A DNA stretch of 64,000 nt from a virus (lineage: Duplodnaviria; Caudoviricetes), in IMG/VR virus record IMGVR_UViG_3300033066_001528, positions 32,001 through 96,000 of that record. The stretch is one strand, 5' to 3'. This document shows, in pieces, positions 9,954-18,988 of this stretch (positions are counted from its first letter, which is position 1; each line of letters starts with the position of its first letter). Below the pieces are notes generated by a model. That model ran no database searches. It saw only the letters and a list, made by a program, of their open reading frames with translations, and was not told the origin of the DNA. Made by a program: the position numbers and the translations under genes.

Positions 9954-11269
9954 GTCACCTTACGACGCTGAATGTTAGAGTAGCACACAGGAACCGCAAG
10001 ATTGATTTTGTCCGTGGAACGAGCCCCAAAAGAAGCAATACCTACCTTGGACCCAAGCATCGCACTCACCTTATCTACCACGGAATACGGATCCAGGAAA
10101 TCACCCGAAGCGATCATTGTTTCGATCTCAGGACGAGCCGTTCGGAGCAAAGCGGTATTGGAATCCTGATAAAGCATATCGTCTGCCGGAGTGGGAGACG
10201 CAACTAGACCGGGAAAATCCGGCCTATATGCATCAACATACTTCCAGGTATTTTTCACCGCATCTAGATGGGATAGTGCAATAGAATCAACCCCACCAAT
10301 AGCCTCCAGTGAGTACCGGAAGAGAACTGCATCAAAATGACCCTGACGAAACGGACCCTGCCAACCGGCCGGGCTGTTATGGTATTCGGGATTATTCAAC
10401 GAAGCCTCTGTCGGAAACGGACCCTCTCCGTGACGAGTCATGTATGTCCGAAGACAACCAATGACGTGCGTATTCCCCGAAAAGTCAACTTCATTTAGAA
10501 GTCGCATGGCATTTCTTGGTGTTGTGTCAGACCAAGTGGTATGAGGGTGAAACCCATGCCACTTATCCAGCAGAACCCCCTGTGCCCCCTCGAAAATAAG
10601 AGGCTTTCCAGAAGCCACCAGATTTTTCATATAGGAAGTTTCATCAACAGTGTGGAGATTCCGAAGAAAACCAGCCATCCTGTCTTTGTAAGCTTCGGGG
10701 TCGAACCGCACGGACTCAAACCCCATCTCCACGGCAAAAGCATTGGCAAGGTCCATCTGCAAACGGAGTTTACGGGACAATGTATCCGGTGTATGAAGAT
10801 CCACCACACGGATCGTGGCTTCAGGATTGGTGTAGGACATGGAGACGGACTCCCCAAAACCCATACCACAAGTACCATGACGATCTTCGCCGCGAGCCAG
10901 TTCGCGAGTTCGATTCATTGCTTGGTGGAGAGGGGTGATAACCAGGGCCCCCATCGAAACGTCCAAAAGAGAGAAAGGATCACGAACCCCCTTGGAGGAA
11001 AGGACTTCAGACTCTCGAATCATGGCTGTAGGGTGAATAGCCATGTATCGACTGAGGAAAGTTCGGCAACCATGAAAAGTTGCCGAACCCCACTGGGCAA
11101 AAGTGTGATGCCGACCATCACCAGAAATGACGTTGTGCCCAGCCTGGGCACCACCGTTGTGACGAATGACAGTAGACCCCGGGTTGACGGAGGCAAGGAA
11201 GTCAACCGTCCCCCCCTTACCCTCATCACCAAACGCCAGACCCGTAACGATGTATGCTGTTTGGTTCAT
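9950..11269 (-). CDS. Adenylosuccinate synthetase-like protein (divergent PurA paralog)
   Basis: GDEGKG, GGAQAGH, HGTCGMG, FEGAQGVLLD and TYMTRHGEGPFPTE present; the TTGRxR aspartate-binding loop is absent. Confidence 0.85.
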   Translation of the reverse strand: MNQTAYIVTGLAFGDEGKGGTVDFLASVNPGSTVIRHNGGAQAGHNVISGDGRHHTFAQWGSATFHGCRTFLSRYMAIHPTAMIRESEVLSSKGVRDPFSLLDVSMGALVITPLHQAMNRTRELARGEDRHGTCGMGFGESVSMSYTNPEATIRVVDLHTPDTLSRKLRLQMDLANAFAVEMGFESVRFDPEAYKDRMAGFLRNLHTVDETSYMKNLVASGKPLIFEGAQGVLLDKWHGFHPHTTWSDTTPRNAMRLLNEVDFSGNTHVIGCLRTYMTRHGEGPFPTEASLNNPEYHNSPAGWQGPFRQGHFDAVLFRYSLEAIGGVDSIALSHLDAVKNTWKYVDAYRPDFPGLVASPTPADDMLYQDSNTALLRTARPEIETMIASGDFLDPYSVVDKVSAMLGSKVGIASFGARSTDKINLAVPVCYSNIQRRKVT

Positions 11270-11304
11270 GGCCTCTCTTACGCGGAGGCCATGATAGTTG
11301 ATTT

Positions 11305-12243
11305 CTAAAAATTCTCTCGAAAATCGGGTGGGGGAGTACCGGACTTCCCAATACTATTTGCGTACGGAGTCAAAGACCGAACAATTGGCCCCAAGAGGTC
11401 CGATGGCACACCATTGGCCTTGAGGCTGTCCGCATAGGCAATGAGATCCGATACCTTTCCTTCGGTGAGAGCCACCAACCCTGCCGACACATATGAGGTA
11501 ATCCCATCGGCATAGAGTTGGATAACCCTATCCCCCAGAAGCTCACGCCAACGGGCAACTACTTTCTGATGACCATGGTTGTAGGGGATTAGGAAAAAAG
11601 TATGATACTTCTCCCCCAATTCTTGGAAGATATGACCCGTAGGGATATCCTTGTTGATTTTCGAGGACATCCAAGTTCGAACAAGATTGGCCTGAACAAA
11701 TGGAAAAGGATTGTCATCTCCAGTGAAAATGGCATAACCTTTTCTGCCCCGCCGAACAAAGTTGTCCGTCTCCGTGTGGCGGGATAGGAAATAGGCTGCA
11801 AGGTCGTAGCTTTCTCCACCATTACCACCACCCCCACCCTCCAGAAAGCACCACGTCAGCCACTGATCCATGCCGGATGCGGTGGACTCGAACTGACCAA
11901 CTTGAAGAGGGGCCTTTTCGTATCCAGTAATAGCGTCACCTACGGCCATAAAAAGAACCTGTGGGTCCGGTACCCCCACGTTCATTAAAACTTGCATGAA
12001 TTGGGGAAGCTCTTTTTTGGCAAGATCCTTAGGTATATCCCCCATGGATCCTGTCTCATCCAAAACAAAAGCAATGGGCAGTGAATTCGGATGATCCTCC
12101 GAATCCCTAGATTCACGGAGATTCACATTCCGGGGATCCATAAGCGAATGCAGGGAATGGTGGAAAACAGTCTCCACCGGAATAGCCGCGCGAGTAGAGA
12201 CAATCGCGGCATGGTCTTCCATACTATATCCACCGTAACCCAT
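11305..12243 (-). CDS. vWA-domain protein with an MGYGGYS N-terminus
   Basis: LDETGSM MIDAS, VGD, GGGGNGGESY, TGD; AAGGAG SD upstream of ATG 12243. Confidence 0.8.
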   Translation of the reverse strand: MGYGGYSMEDHAAIVSTRAAIPVETVFHHSLHSLMDPRNVNLRESRDSEDHPNSLPIAFVLDETGSMGDIPKDLAKKELPQFMQVLMNVGVPDPQVLFMAVGDAITGYEKAPLQVGQFESTASGMDQWLTWCFLEGGGGGNGGESYDLAAYFLSRHTETDNFVRRGRKGYAIFTGDDNPFPFVQANLVRTWMSSKINKDIPTGHIFQELGEKYHTFFLIPYNHGHQKVVARWRELLGDRVIQLYADGITSYVSAGLVALTEGKVSDLIAYADSLKANGVPSDLLGPIVRSLTPYANSIGKSGTPPPDFRENF

Positions 12244-12400
12244 ATCACGTCTCCTTCTTATCGTTTGAGGGAACGGAGTCATTGCACCCGTCCCCATATG
12301 AAATCTCACCGGGTGTGTTCACCACCCTGGTGATAGGTGTGTATTCCTGTACCCCATCGTCATCAGTGTCTTTTGAAGTATACAAACTCTGTCCCATGAT

Positions 12401-12616
12401 TCAAACCTCAACTTTCCAAGTAGTGAACACTACGTCTCCAGACGTACGAACAACGGGTTTCCCGAAGGTCCCAGGAACTGTTACGTGGGGCCATAGAGTA
12501 GTGACCACTTCCATTGGATCTATATCCGAGACATCCCCGAGACCCTCAAGGGATAGGAAAGTGGACACACCCACACGTGACCAAATGCCACCCAGAATTC
12601 TCTCTTTACTTGTCAT
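12401..12616 (-). CDS. Hypothetical small protein
   Basis: 71 aa; ATGA overlap with the kinase-like gene. Confidence 0.5.
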   Translation of the reverse strand: MTSKERILGGIWSRVGVSTFLSLEGLGDVSDIDPMEVVTTLWPHVTVPGTFGKPVVRTSGDVVFTTWKVEV

Positions 12617-13437
12617 TTACCACCCATAGTGAAGTTGTGGTATCTGTTACCCCCATAAAGGTTTTTAGCTAAGGTATCTACTTGGACCAAGAGATCCCAG
12701 GCGTCTTCCGACCATTTTCCTTGGGCGACATTGGTTATCAATGTCTCCAAACCCTTAGAAACGCCAGCAGGAAGCCCCTTCTCATCCCCACCCAGAACCC
12801 GATAGACACATCGGGCCGACATGATGATGTCCGTTGAAGGAGTGATCGAACCCCCATCCCACACGTCTTTGGGGTAGTAGAACTCATATCCGGGACTTCG
12901 AGCAACGAGTCTGCTACCAATTTTCGCAGTCCTAGACCATCCTGCCAATACAAGCCCGTGATCCCTAGGGTGAATCAGTAGATGCTGAGGGGTACACGAG
13001 GAATGAACATACCCCGCAAGATGAAGCCACCCCAAGAAGGAAAGAGCTCGCTTCCACATCCACAGAGCCGTCCTTTCATCTACTCCGCGGGGATACTCTC
13101 GAAATACATCCTCGAATGTGTACTGAAATCCAGTACGCCAAAGATATTTGTTTGCAAAGGTTGTTTCCGATTTCCGCTGAATTTTCACCGTGGTTAAAAA
13201 TGGAGGCAAAAAAGAACTGAAATAATCGGATCCTTTAACGGAAGAATTAGCAAGCTCACATACAACGGAAGCCTCACGCCTCAAAAGATCCACCGATTTG
13301 GTCTCCGTACCCCGGGGGATTTTCAGAACCACCATTTCCTTAGGCTCCTCCCGTTGAGTATAGAAAACGTCACAAAACTCCCCGTCCCCAACCTGACCTA
13401 GAATGGTATAAGAGTCACCATTGATTTGAACTCTCAT
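12613..13437 (-). CDS. Ser/Thr kinase-fold protein, probably degenerate
   Basis: GDGEFCDVF Gly-loop, VVLK, E of helix C; catalytic loop HSSCTPQHLL lacks Asp and the DFG position reads AGW; start 13437 from ATGA overlap. Confidence 0.7.
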   Translation of the reverse strand: MRVQINGDSYTILGQVGDGEFCDVFYTQREEPKEMVVLKIPRGTETKSVDLLRREASVVCELANSSVKGSDYFSSFLPPFLTTVKIQRKSETTFANKYLWRTGFQYTFEDVFREYPRGVDERTALWMWKRALSFLGWLHLAGYVHSSCTPQHLLIHPRDHGLVLAGWSRTAKIGSRLVARSPGYEFYYPKDVWDGGSITPSTDIIMSARCVYRVLGGDEKGLPAGVSKGLETLITNVAQGKWSEDAWDLLVQVDTLAKNLYGGNRYHNFTMGGK

Positions 13438-13811
13438 TGGGATATCCTTTCGAAAAAGTACAAAAGACCCATAGCCATCTCGATTGCTTGATCTTTTGTA
13501 CAAGACAATTTATCCTGAATCCACTGCTGAAGATGATGGAGTTTTGGGATCCCACCACCAGTAGAAAGGGTCATACTGATTCGTGGGCCCAAAGGCCCCG
13601 AACCAGCCTTAACGACCCCGGACACCTCCAGCCAAGTGATGAGGTATGTATGGGGTCCAAGACCATAGAGGCTAGCCGACAGCCAATCCATCGGAGCTAT
13701 ATGTAGGGTAAACCGAGGCCCTGCACTCCGTGTTTGCACCGTTCCGGAACACCCGTACAAAACTACAAGGAAGGTATCCGTGATAAAATGCTGGGATTCC
13801 ATACTGACCAT
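13434..13811 (-). CDS. Hypothetical protein
   Basis: Coupled to its neighbours by TAATG and ATGA overlaps. Confidence 0.55.
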   Translation of the reverse strand: MVSMESQHFITDTFLVVLYGCSGTVQTRSAGPRFTLHIAPMDWLSASLYGLGPHTYLITWLEVSGVVKAGSGPLGPRISMTLSTGGGIPKLHHLQQWIQDKLSCTKDQAIEMAMGLLYFFERISQ

Positions 13812-15547
13812 TACCCGCAAGTAACGATCAGGGTTTTGGCCTTCACATCATATTCGTGACCCAAGTACCTTGTGCGATGGCCCTGACGGAAAGCTACCTC
13901 GTGAGGCCACAAGTATTGAGGTACGGAACACATCTTGTCTCCAATTTTAACCTTCACTTTTACGGGGAAGTCAATTTGAGTGTCACTACCCTTGGGAAAC
14001 ATACCCACAATGCTCTCCACCCCCCAAGCCCGAAGAATGGATTGTGGTAGCATTTCCCGAATCCCCTCAAACCACCTATCTCTTAAGTAACCCCGGAGTT
14101 TGGTCCCATTAGCATCGATCAAGTACCCACAAAGAGACTGAGAAGTGAGAAATTCTCTGTCCTCCATGATAGGGGAAAGAAGCTCCCGAACTTCAGGGTT
14201 CCCACTTACAACAATCCGTACATTCTCCCACTCTGGAAGCATAAGAAAATGCATCCGATGGGTGGACAAATCAGAGTAGGGGGTGGGAAGAATATCAATT
14301 GAGTCCGGAGGGTAGCCAACGTCACTCAGGGCTACCCGAAGCATTTCGGCAACTACCCATTTGGGAAGAGGATCCTGGTCAGTCCAGGTATAGGATTTTT
14401 GAAGGGTGATAACGGGACGAAAACCCAGCTCAAGCACCCTAGCAATGAGGTTGATATGTCCCTTATGTGGAACCCCGCATCGCATTGGGAGTAGTGCTTT
14501 AGGTCTGCACGAAGTGGTGCGTGAAATGTAGAACTTCGTAGTAGAGAAATGACGAACCACGTCATCTGCAGTCGGGCGATCCGCGGGGTCTTTGGCCATC
14601 ATCCTACGGAGCAGACTAACCATAGTGGGGGGGATGCCCACCTTTGCCTCATACGGATCAGCTATGTGAGCAACAGCATGTTCCCTGGCGGCACCAAAAA
14701 ATTTGGTATTCTTGCCCACAAACGGGTGATCCCCAGTGAAAAGTTGGTGTGCCAGAACCCCCAGAGCCCAGATATCACTAGCTGGAGAAGCCTCTCGCCT
14801 GGAAAACGTCTCAGGAGCGGCATAGACGGGATCCACCAGATAGGTTCCAATCGTTGACCCTAGTCCGCATCTACGTGAATGACTGAAGTCAAACAGAGCC
14901 CCACTGGTAAGGACGTTGGATTTCGATAGATCCATGTACAAAACCCCAGCCTCGTGAAGGAAGCGAAGGTTTTCTGCCACTTTACGAACAATCTCTTCGG
15001 CAAACCGAGAGGAGGGGATAATATCGGAGAGGGTTTCCCCACGTTCAAATAGCCGAAGGATAACTTTACCTGAAAGGAGCTTATAGGGCCTGTGAAGACA
15101 ATCTAAAATACTATCCTCTCGATCAGCCCTATCCCCCAAGGGTCCCGAAGACTCGTCCCATAGCTCTTTTGCAATATGCACCCCACCATTAGTGTCACAC
15201 ACCGATGCCACTAAACGATCGGCCTTTGGGGAAGACAAAAGGGATAGGAAAGTTAGCCCATTTTGAGTTAGGCATTTGCGGAAAGACTCAATACCCATGG
15301 ACTTAGGTGCTGGGGCCCTCTTCCAGGGAGGAATATCCAGAATCATATCCGGGGGGCAAAGTCGATTGAAATCGACCAGAGCCTTTTCGTCCCGAAGAAC
15401 AGCCAGAACACTTCGAATATCCCTTAAGGATTTAGGGTCATGAAGTGCGACCACAATCGCTTCCTGGAATCGAAAAGGCTCGCTCTCAACCGTGGAGAGA
15501 AGGAAAGGGACGATGTAATCGGGGGGCATCGGGGGTATTACCCCCAT
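13811..15547 (-). CDS. Ser/Thr protein kinase fused to a HIGH-family nucleotidyltransferase (NMNAT-like)
   Basis: IAK, YMDLSKSNV, DFS, YAAPE, SDIWALG, DPADRP; then PHKGH (HxGH), VVSGNPEV, NGTKLR. Confidence 0.8.
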   Translation of the reverse strand: MGVIPPMPPDYIVPFLLSTVESEPFRFQEAIVVALHDPKSLRDIRSVLAVLRDEKALVDFNRLCPPDMILDIPPWKRAPAPKSMGIESFRKCLTQNGLTFLSLLSSPKADRLVASVCDTNGGVHIAKELWDESSGPLGDRADREDSILDCLHRPYKLLSGKVILRLFERGETLSDIIPSSRFAEEIVRKVAENLRFLHEAGVLYMDLSKSNVLTSGALFDFSHSRRCGLGSTIGTYLVDPVYAAPETFSRREASPASDIWALGVLAHQLFTGDHPFVGKNTKFFGAAREHAVAHIADPYEAKVGIPPTMVSLLRRMMAKDPADRPTADDVVRHFSTTKFYISRTTSCRPKALLPMRCGVPHKGHINLIARVLELGFRPVITLQKSYTWTDQDPLPKWVVAEMLRVALSDVGYPPDSIDILPTPYSDLSTHRMHFLMLPEWENVRIVVSGNPEVRELLSPIMEDREFLTSQSLCGYLIDANGTKLRGYLRDRWFEGIREMLPQSILRAWGVESIVGMFPKGSDTQIDFPVKVKVKIGDKMCSVPQYLWPHEVAFRQGHRTRYLGHEYDVKAKTLIVTCG

Positions 15548-15557
15548 TTGGATGAAT

Positions 15558-16628
15558 TTAGCTTAGGAGATCGGAGAGCATACCCTGAATTTCTTCCTCA
15601 GTCATGACTCCGGGAAGGTAGAGCTCGGCAAAAGCTCGAATCCTAATCTTCGCCATATCATCCGTTCGCACACCGAAGATAGGAGAAGAAAGCCATTTTG
15701 CATACAGGGCCGCCAGAAACATTTGGATGGACTGCTTCCCGGCATTACGGGCCATACAGAAGAGAACAGCGTTGGCCACGATGCCGTTCCGATGTGTGGC
15801 CTCTTTAATTGAAGAGAGATCAATGAAGTTACGAGCAACCTCAACGGAATCGAAAACACCAGGAGATGTCTCGAAAAACTGCTTCTGCAGGGGCACCATT
15901 TTTGGATCCGAACCGGATCCAATAAGGATGAACTTCCCATAGGTTCTGCGAATAGCCTCCATGGATCTCCGCCATGAAACCTGATCCGGACATCCATCAT
16001 CACTCTGAAGGCCCATCCCGTGACCCACCACATCGGTCACGAGAATAACCGTGCGATCCTGGACAGGAATTTCGCCAAAATCGATCTCGCTTGCTCGAAG
16101 GAGAGCACACTCTACGGCCTCTGCCTCATCATCACCGGAAGCGCCTCGGATCTTGAGAAAGCTATTGTAGAGCTGCTTATCCCCCTTCTCATTGGCAGAA
16201 GCGAAGTCCGCATATTGAAACAAAAGGTCCCCGTCGCAATGGTCACTGAAGTAAATGAAGGCCACCTCTGCACGGGCATCCACGGATTGAGCAAATGCAG
16301 TGAAATGACCGGAAGACTTCAGGAAATGCTCCGCAATAGCCCGGTTGCTACCGGAATTATCAACCAGAACCACCACGGCTCTTTTTGCCTCCTTAGAGGG
16401 AGAGGTAATGGTGTTCTTGGCTTGTGTGGAGTCGTACAACTCACGAGTGTCCCTTTCCGGAACGGAGGACTTTGACACACGGCCGTGAAGGATATCCTCC
16501 CTGGCCTTCGCCCGACCGGCACGATACTCCGCATAGGCTCGTGTTCTTGTTTCATAGTTACTGTCGGTAATATCCGACAGACTCTCAAGAGCACGAGAAG
16601 ACCCACCGAAACTGTTTCCAGATCCCAT
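15558..16628 (-). CDS. vWA-like protein with an MGSG N-terminus
   Basis: VDNSGSN, FSDH, GDDEAEA, VTD; start placed at 16628 because the longer ORF crosses a terminator hairpin. Confidence 0.7.
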   Translation of the reverse strand: MGSGNSFGGSSRALESLSDITDSNYETRTRAYAEYRAGRAKAREDILHGRVSKSSVPERDTRELYDSTQAKNTITSPSKEAKRAVVVLVDNSGSNRAIAEHFLKSSGHFTAFAQSVDARAEVAFIYFSDHCDGDLLFQYADFASANEKGDKQLYNSFLKIRGASGDDEAEAVECALLRASEIDFGEIPVQDRTVILVTDVVGHGMGLQSDDGCPDQVSWRRSMEAIRRTYGKFILIGSGSDPKMVPLQKQFFETSPGVFDSVEVARNFIDLSSIKEATHRNGIVANAVLFCMARNAGKQSIQMFLAALYAKWLSSPIFGVRTDDMAKIRIRAFAELYLPGVMTEEEIQGMLSDLLS

Positions 16629-16654
16629 TTTATTGAACTTTCTGAGGTTAGTAG

Positions 16655-16704
16655 AAAAGCAGGAAAGGGTGGATAACCCACAACTCGGGTTATCCACCCT
16701 TTCC
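16655..16704 (-). terminator. Intrinsic terminator after 16706..17929
   Basis: Perfect 18-bp stem ggaaagggtggataaccc/gggttatccaccctttcc followed by TGCTTTTC on the minus strand. Confidence 0.75.
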
Positions 16705-16705
16705 G

Positions 16706-17929
16706 TCAACGGCGAGCTTTTACCTCACCGGGGAAAGAACCGAAGGGTTCTTCCCGACGAACAGGGCTAACACGATCCGGTGTACCCGTGCGAAGGGCGA
16801 CAATAGACTGCGACCCCAGGAGGTAGAGGTGCTGTGCCATGGTAGCCAGGGTAGCATCCGGCACATTAGGAATGTCAAGAGCGTTGAGGACGAACTCACC
16901 GAGAGAGATGCTAGCGCGAGCTTCTGCCTCGGAAAGAGTCACCCCCAGCCCACGCTTCATCTCGTCCAGAGTCTTGAAACCAGCCGCATCCATGTATGTC
17001 GGGTCACGGAGGAGATCCACGAGGTCTACAGCATCCTTGGCCATGATACGAACGGAAGCGAGATAGTTAAGACCACGGAAAGTCTTGTTCACCGCGTCAG
17101 CAAATTCTGCCGCCGCCGAGCGAAGGGACGCAACTTCCACGGTATCGGGAACAAAACCACTGAGACGATTGGTGAGAGCGTCAATCAGATGGCTAGGGTC
17201 AGCCTTCTGGAGACGGACCTGATCGTACCAAGTAGCGAGGGCGTCGTAGAAACGAAGAACCCCTGGAACAAAAATGGTATCCAAACGGGCGAGGAGACGC
17301 TTACGGTCAGCCGCACCAACGGACTTCGCCGGAACCTTCATGGCACGGAACAGAGGAGCAAAGTCCTCCGCTTGAACGTCATCCATGAGCTTGTAAACCC
17401 GCTCGGCATCGGCCGGAACGTCAAGAGCCTCAGCCGCATCCCCGATCTTCTCCAGAAGTTTCGACCGGAGGGTGTAAAGGTTAGCCTTATTGGCAAAACT
17501 AACCCGAAGTGCAGCTACTGCATCAAGGTGCGTGACCTGACCATTAAGGGTACCACCAGAGATAAGGCCCGAAAGGAACGAAGCGTCATCCCCCAACCGC
17601 TTCAGAACACTTGTGGCCGGAACAACCGCCGGAACAACCGTCGAAACCGAAGGTGTAGACGGGACGATGGACTCACGAAGAGCTTTCACCGCGGCACGAA
17701 GAACCGGGGGCTTCGCCGTAGGAAAGGTCGCCACGGGGAACATACTTGACCAGTCGGCATCGGTTACCGTGGTAGAATCCCCGAGAATGGAAAGGGATGC
17801 GTCACTTCGATCATTGACTGACGAAGCAAGGACAATTTCGTCTACCTTTGCCAGATCAACACCGATCGCCGCAGCGAAGGTAGCCAGAACAGTCGAGAAC
17901 CGAGAGGTCGAAACAGTTGTATCACTCAT
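16706..17929 (-). CDS. Hypothetical helical protein
   Basis: 407-aa ORF with its own CGTAACTG upstream motif and a terminator. Confidence 0.75.
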   Translation of the reverse strand: MSDTTVSTSRFSTVLATFAAAIGVDLAKVDEIVLASSVNDRSDASLSILGDSTTVTDADWSSMFPVATFPTAKPPVLRAAVKALRESIVPSTPSVSTVVPAVVPATSVLKRLGDDASFLSGLISGGTLNGQVTHLDAVAALRVSFANKANLYTLRSKLLEKIGDAAEALDVPADAERVYKLMDDVQAEDFAPLFRAMKVPAKSVGAADRKRLLARLDTIFVPGVLRFYDALATWYDQVRLQKADPSHLIDALTNRLSGFVPDTVEVASLRSAAAEFADAVNKTFRGLNYLASVRIMAKDAVDLVDLLRDPTYMDAAGFKTLDEMKRGLGVTLSEAEARASISLGEFVLNALDIPNVPDATLATMAQHLYLLGSQSIVALRTGTPDRVSPVRREEPFGSFPGEVKARR

Positions 17930-18013
17930 ACAGTTTTCCTTAGTAAATGTTGGGTGGGGCCACTAACCCCGTGCAACCACAGTTACGACTAACCCAGAAA
18001 ACTGGAGAGGAAA

Positions 18014-18403
18014 TCAGGGGTATGAATTAGCGTTCTCAGACGGCATCAAATTCACAAAGTATCGGTGTGAGGCCACCGACCGACGTTCTGCTTCTTTCTT
18101 AAGGTCATCCAAGGCCACCCCCAGAAGCTGGTCCAATACCATAGCGTCCCCAAGAAGTCTGGCCCTAACGGTTTTTTCTGGTACTCCAGTAGCAAAACTA
18201 ATGCGACGCACGGACCCCTCAAGTGATCGGGTGAGGAGGCCACGGTAGGAATCCAGCCCCTTCTCCCACTGGCCCACGGAACGATAAAAAGGTTCTGCCG
18301 GGTTCATTCGTCCAGTATGAGCGGCTAGGATGGGGAGAAGATGCTTTCTTGTTTCCGGCTTATCATGGGCCAGACGTACAAGCTTTGAGTAAAGGCCCGG
18401 CAT
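18014..18403 (-). CDS. Leader-tagged small protein
   Basis: MPGLYSKLVRLAHDKPETRKHLLPILAAHTG. Confidence 0.75.
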   Translation of the reverse strand: MPGLYSKLVRLAHDKPETRKHLLPILAAHTGRMNPAEPFYRSVGQWEKGLDSYRGLLTRSLEGSVRRISFATGVPEKTVRARLLGDAMVLDQLLGVALDDLKKEAERRSVASHRYFVNLMPSENANSYP

Positions 18404-18407
18404 AGGG

Positions 18408-18956
18408 TTAGTCACCTATCCCAAAAGAGGAATCTTCCCAAATCCAGACGTTCGGCCCCCGAACACGCCACCCGGAACCCCTATAGCTGGTAGATCCAGG
18501 AACCCCACCCCCAGTAATCTGGAACAACTTTGGCATGACCAGAGCAATCGCCTCGGCAAAATTCGGGTCAACCTCGGACTTAACGACGTACCCACTGTTA
18601 TCAGACCAAGCTTCCTGTGTAGACCACATACCCATTTGTGCAAGGGCACCTTCTTGGAAGGTTTTAGAAGCTAAGTTTAGCCGTACCAAGCGAACGAATT
18701 CCTTTAAGGTACGGTACATACCACGAACACCATCCTTCATGTAGTCCGGAACGATGTTCGGATTCACCTGATCATTTTTCGCAGTAACAACTATCTCCCC
18801 ATTTGTGTATGTGAAAGTTAAGAGGAGGGTAGCCCGATTGATTCCGTTCCCAATCTGCATGGGAACCGCAGCTTCCTTAAGTATTGGTAGAAGATGCGGT
18901 CTGAGGGAAGGATTTTGATGGGCTAGGCGGATAACTTTGGATCTAAGGGTCGTCAT
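18408..18956 (-). CDS. Leader-tagged protein
   Basis: MTTLRSKVIRLAHQNPSLRPHLLPILKEAA. Confidence 0.8.
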   Translation of the reverse strand: MTTLRSKVIRLAHQNPSLRPHLLPILKEAAVPMQIGNGINRATLLLTFTYTNGEIVVTAKNDQVNPNIVPDYMKDGVRGMYRTLKEFVRLVRLNLASKTFQEGALAQMGMWSTQEAWSDNSGYVVKSEVDPNFAEAIALVMPKLFQITGGGVPGSTSYRGSGWRVRGPNVWIWEDSSFGIGD

Positions 18957-18988
18957 ACCATAAAAGAAGGAAACAACAAATTAACGAG

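Noticed and set aside
9950-11269. PurZ (2-aminoadenine Z-genome pathway)
   Set aside because: It retains GDEGKG rather than the Ser-substituted motif of PurZ, and no dATPase or MazZ-like neighbours were recognised.
16629-16709. N-terminal extension of the vWA ORF given in the ORF track
   Set aside because: It runs through an 18-bp terminator hairpin; MGSG at 16628 is the better start.
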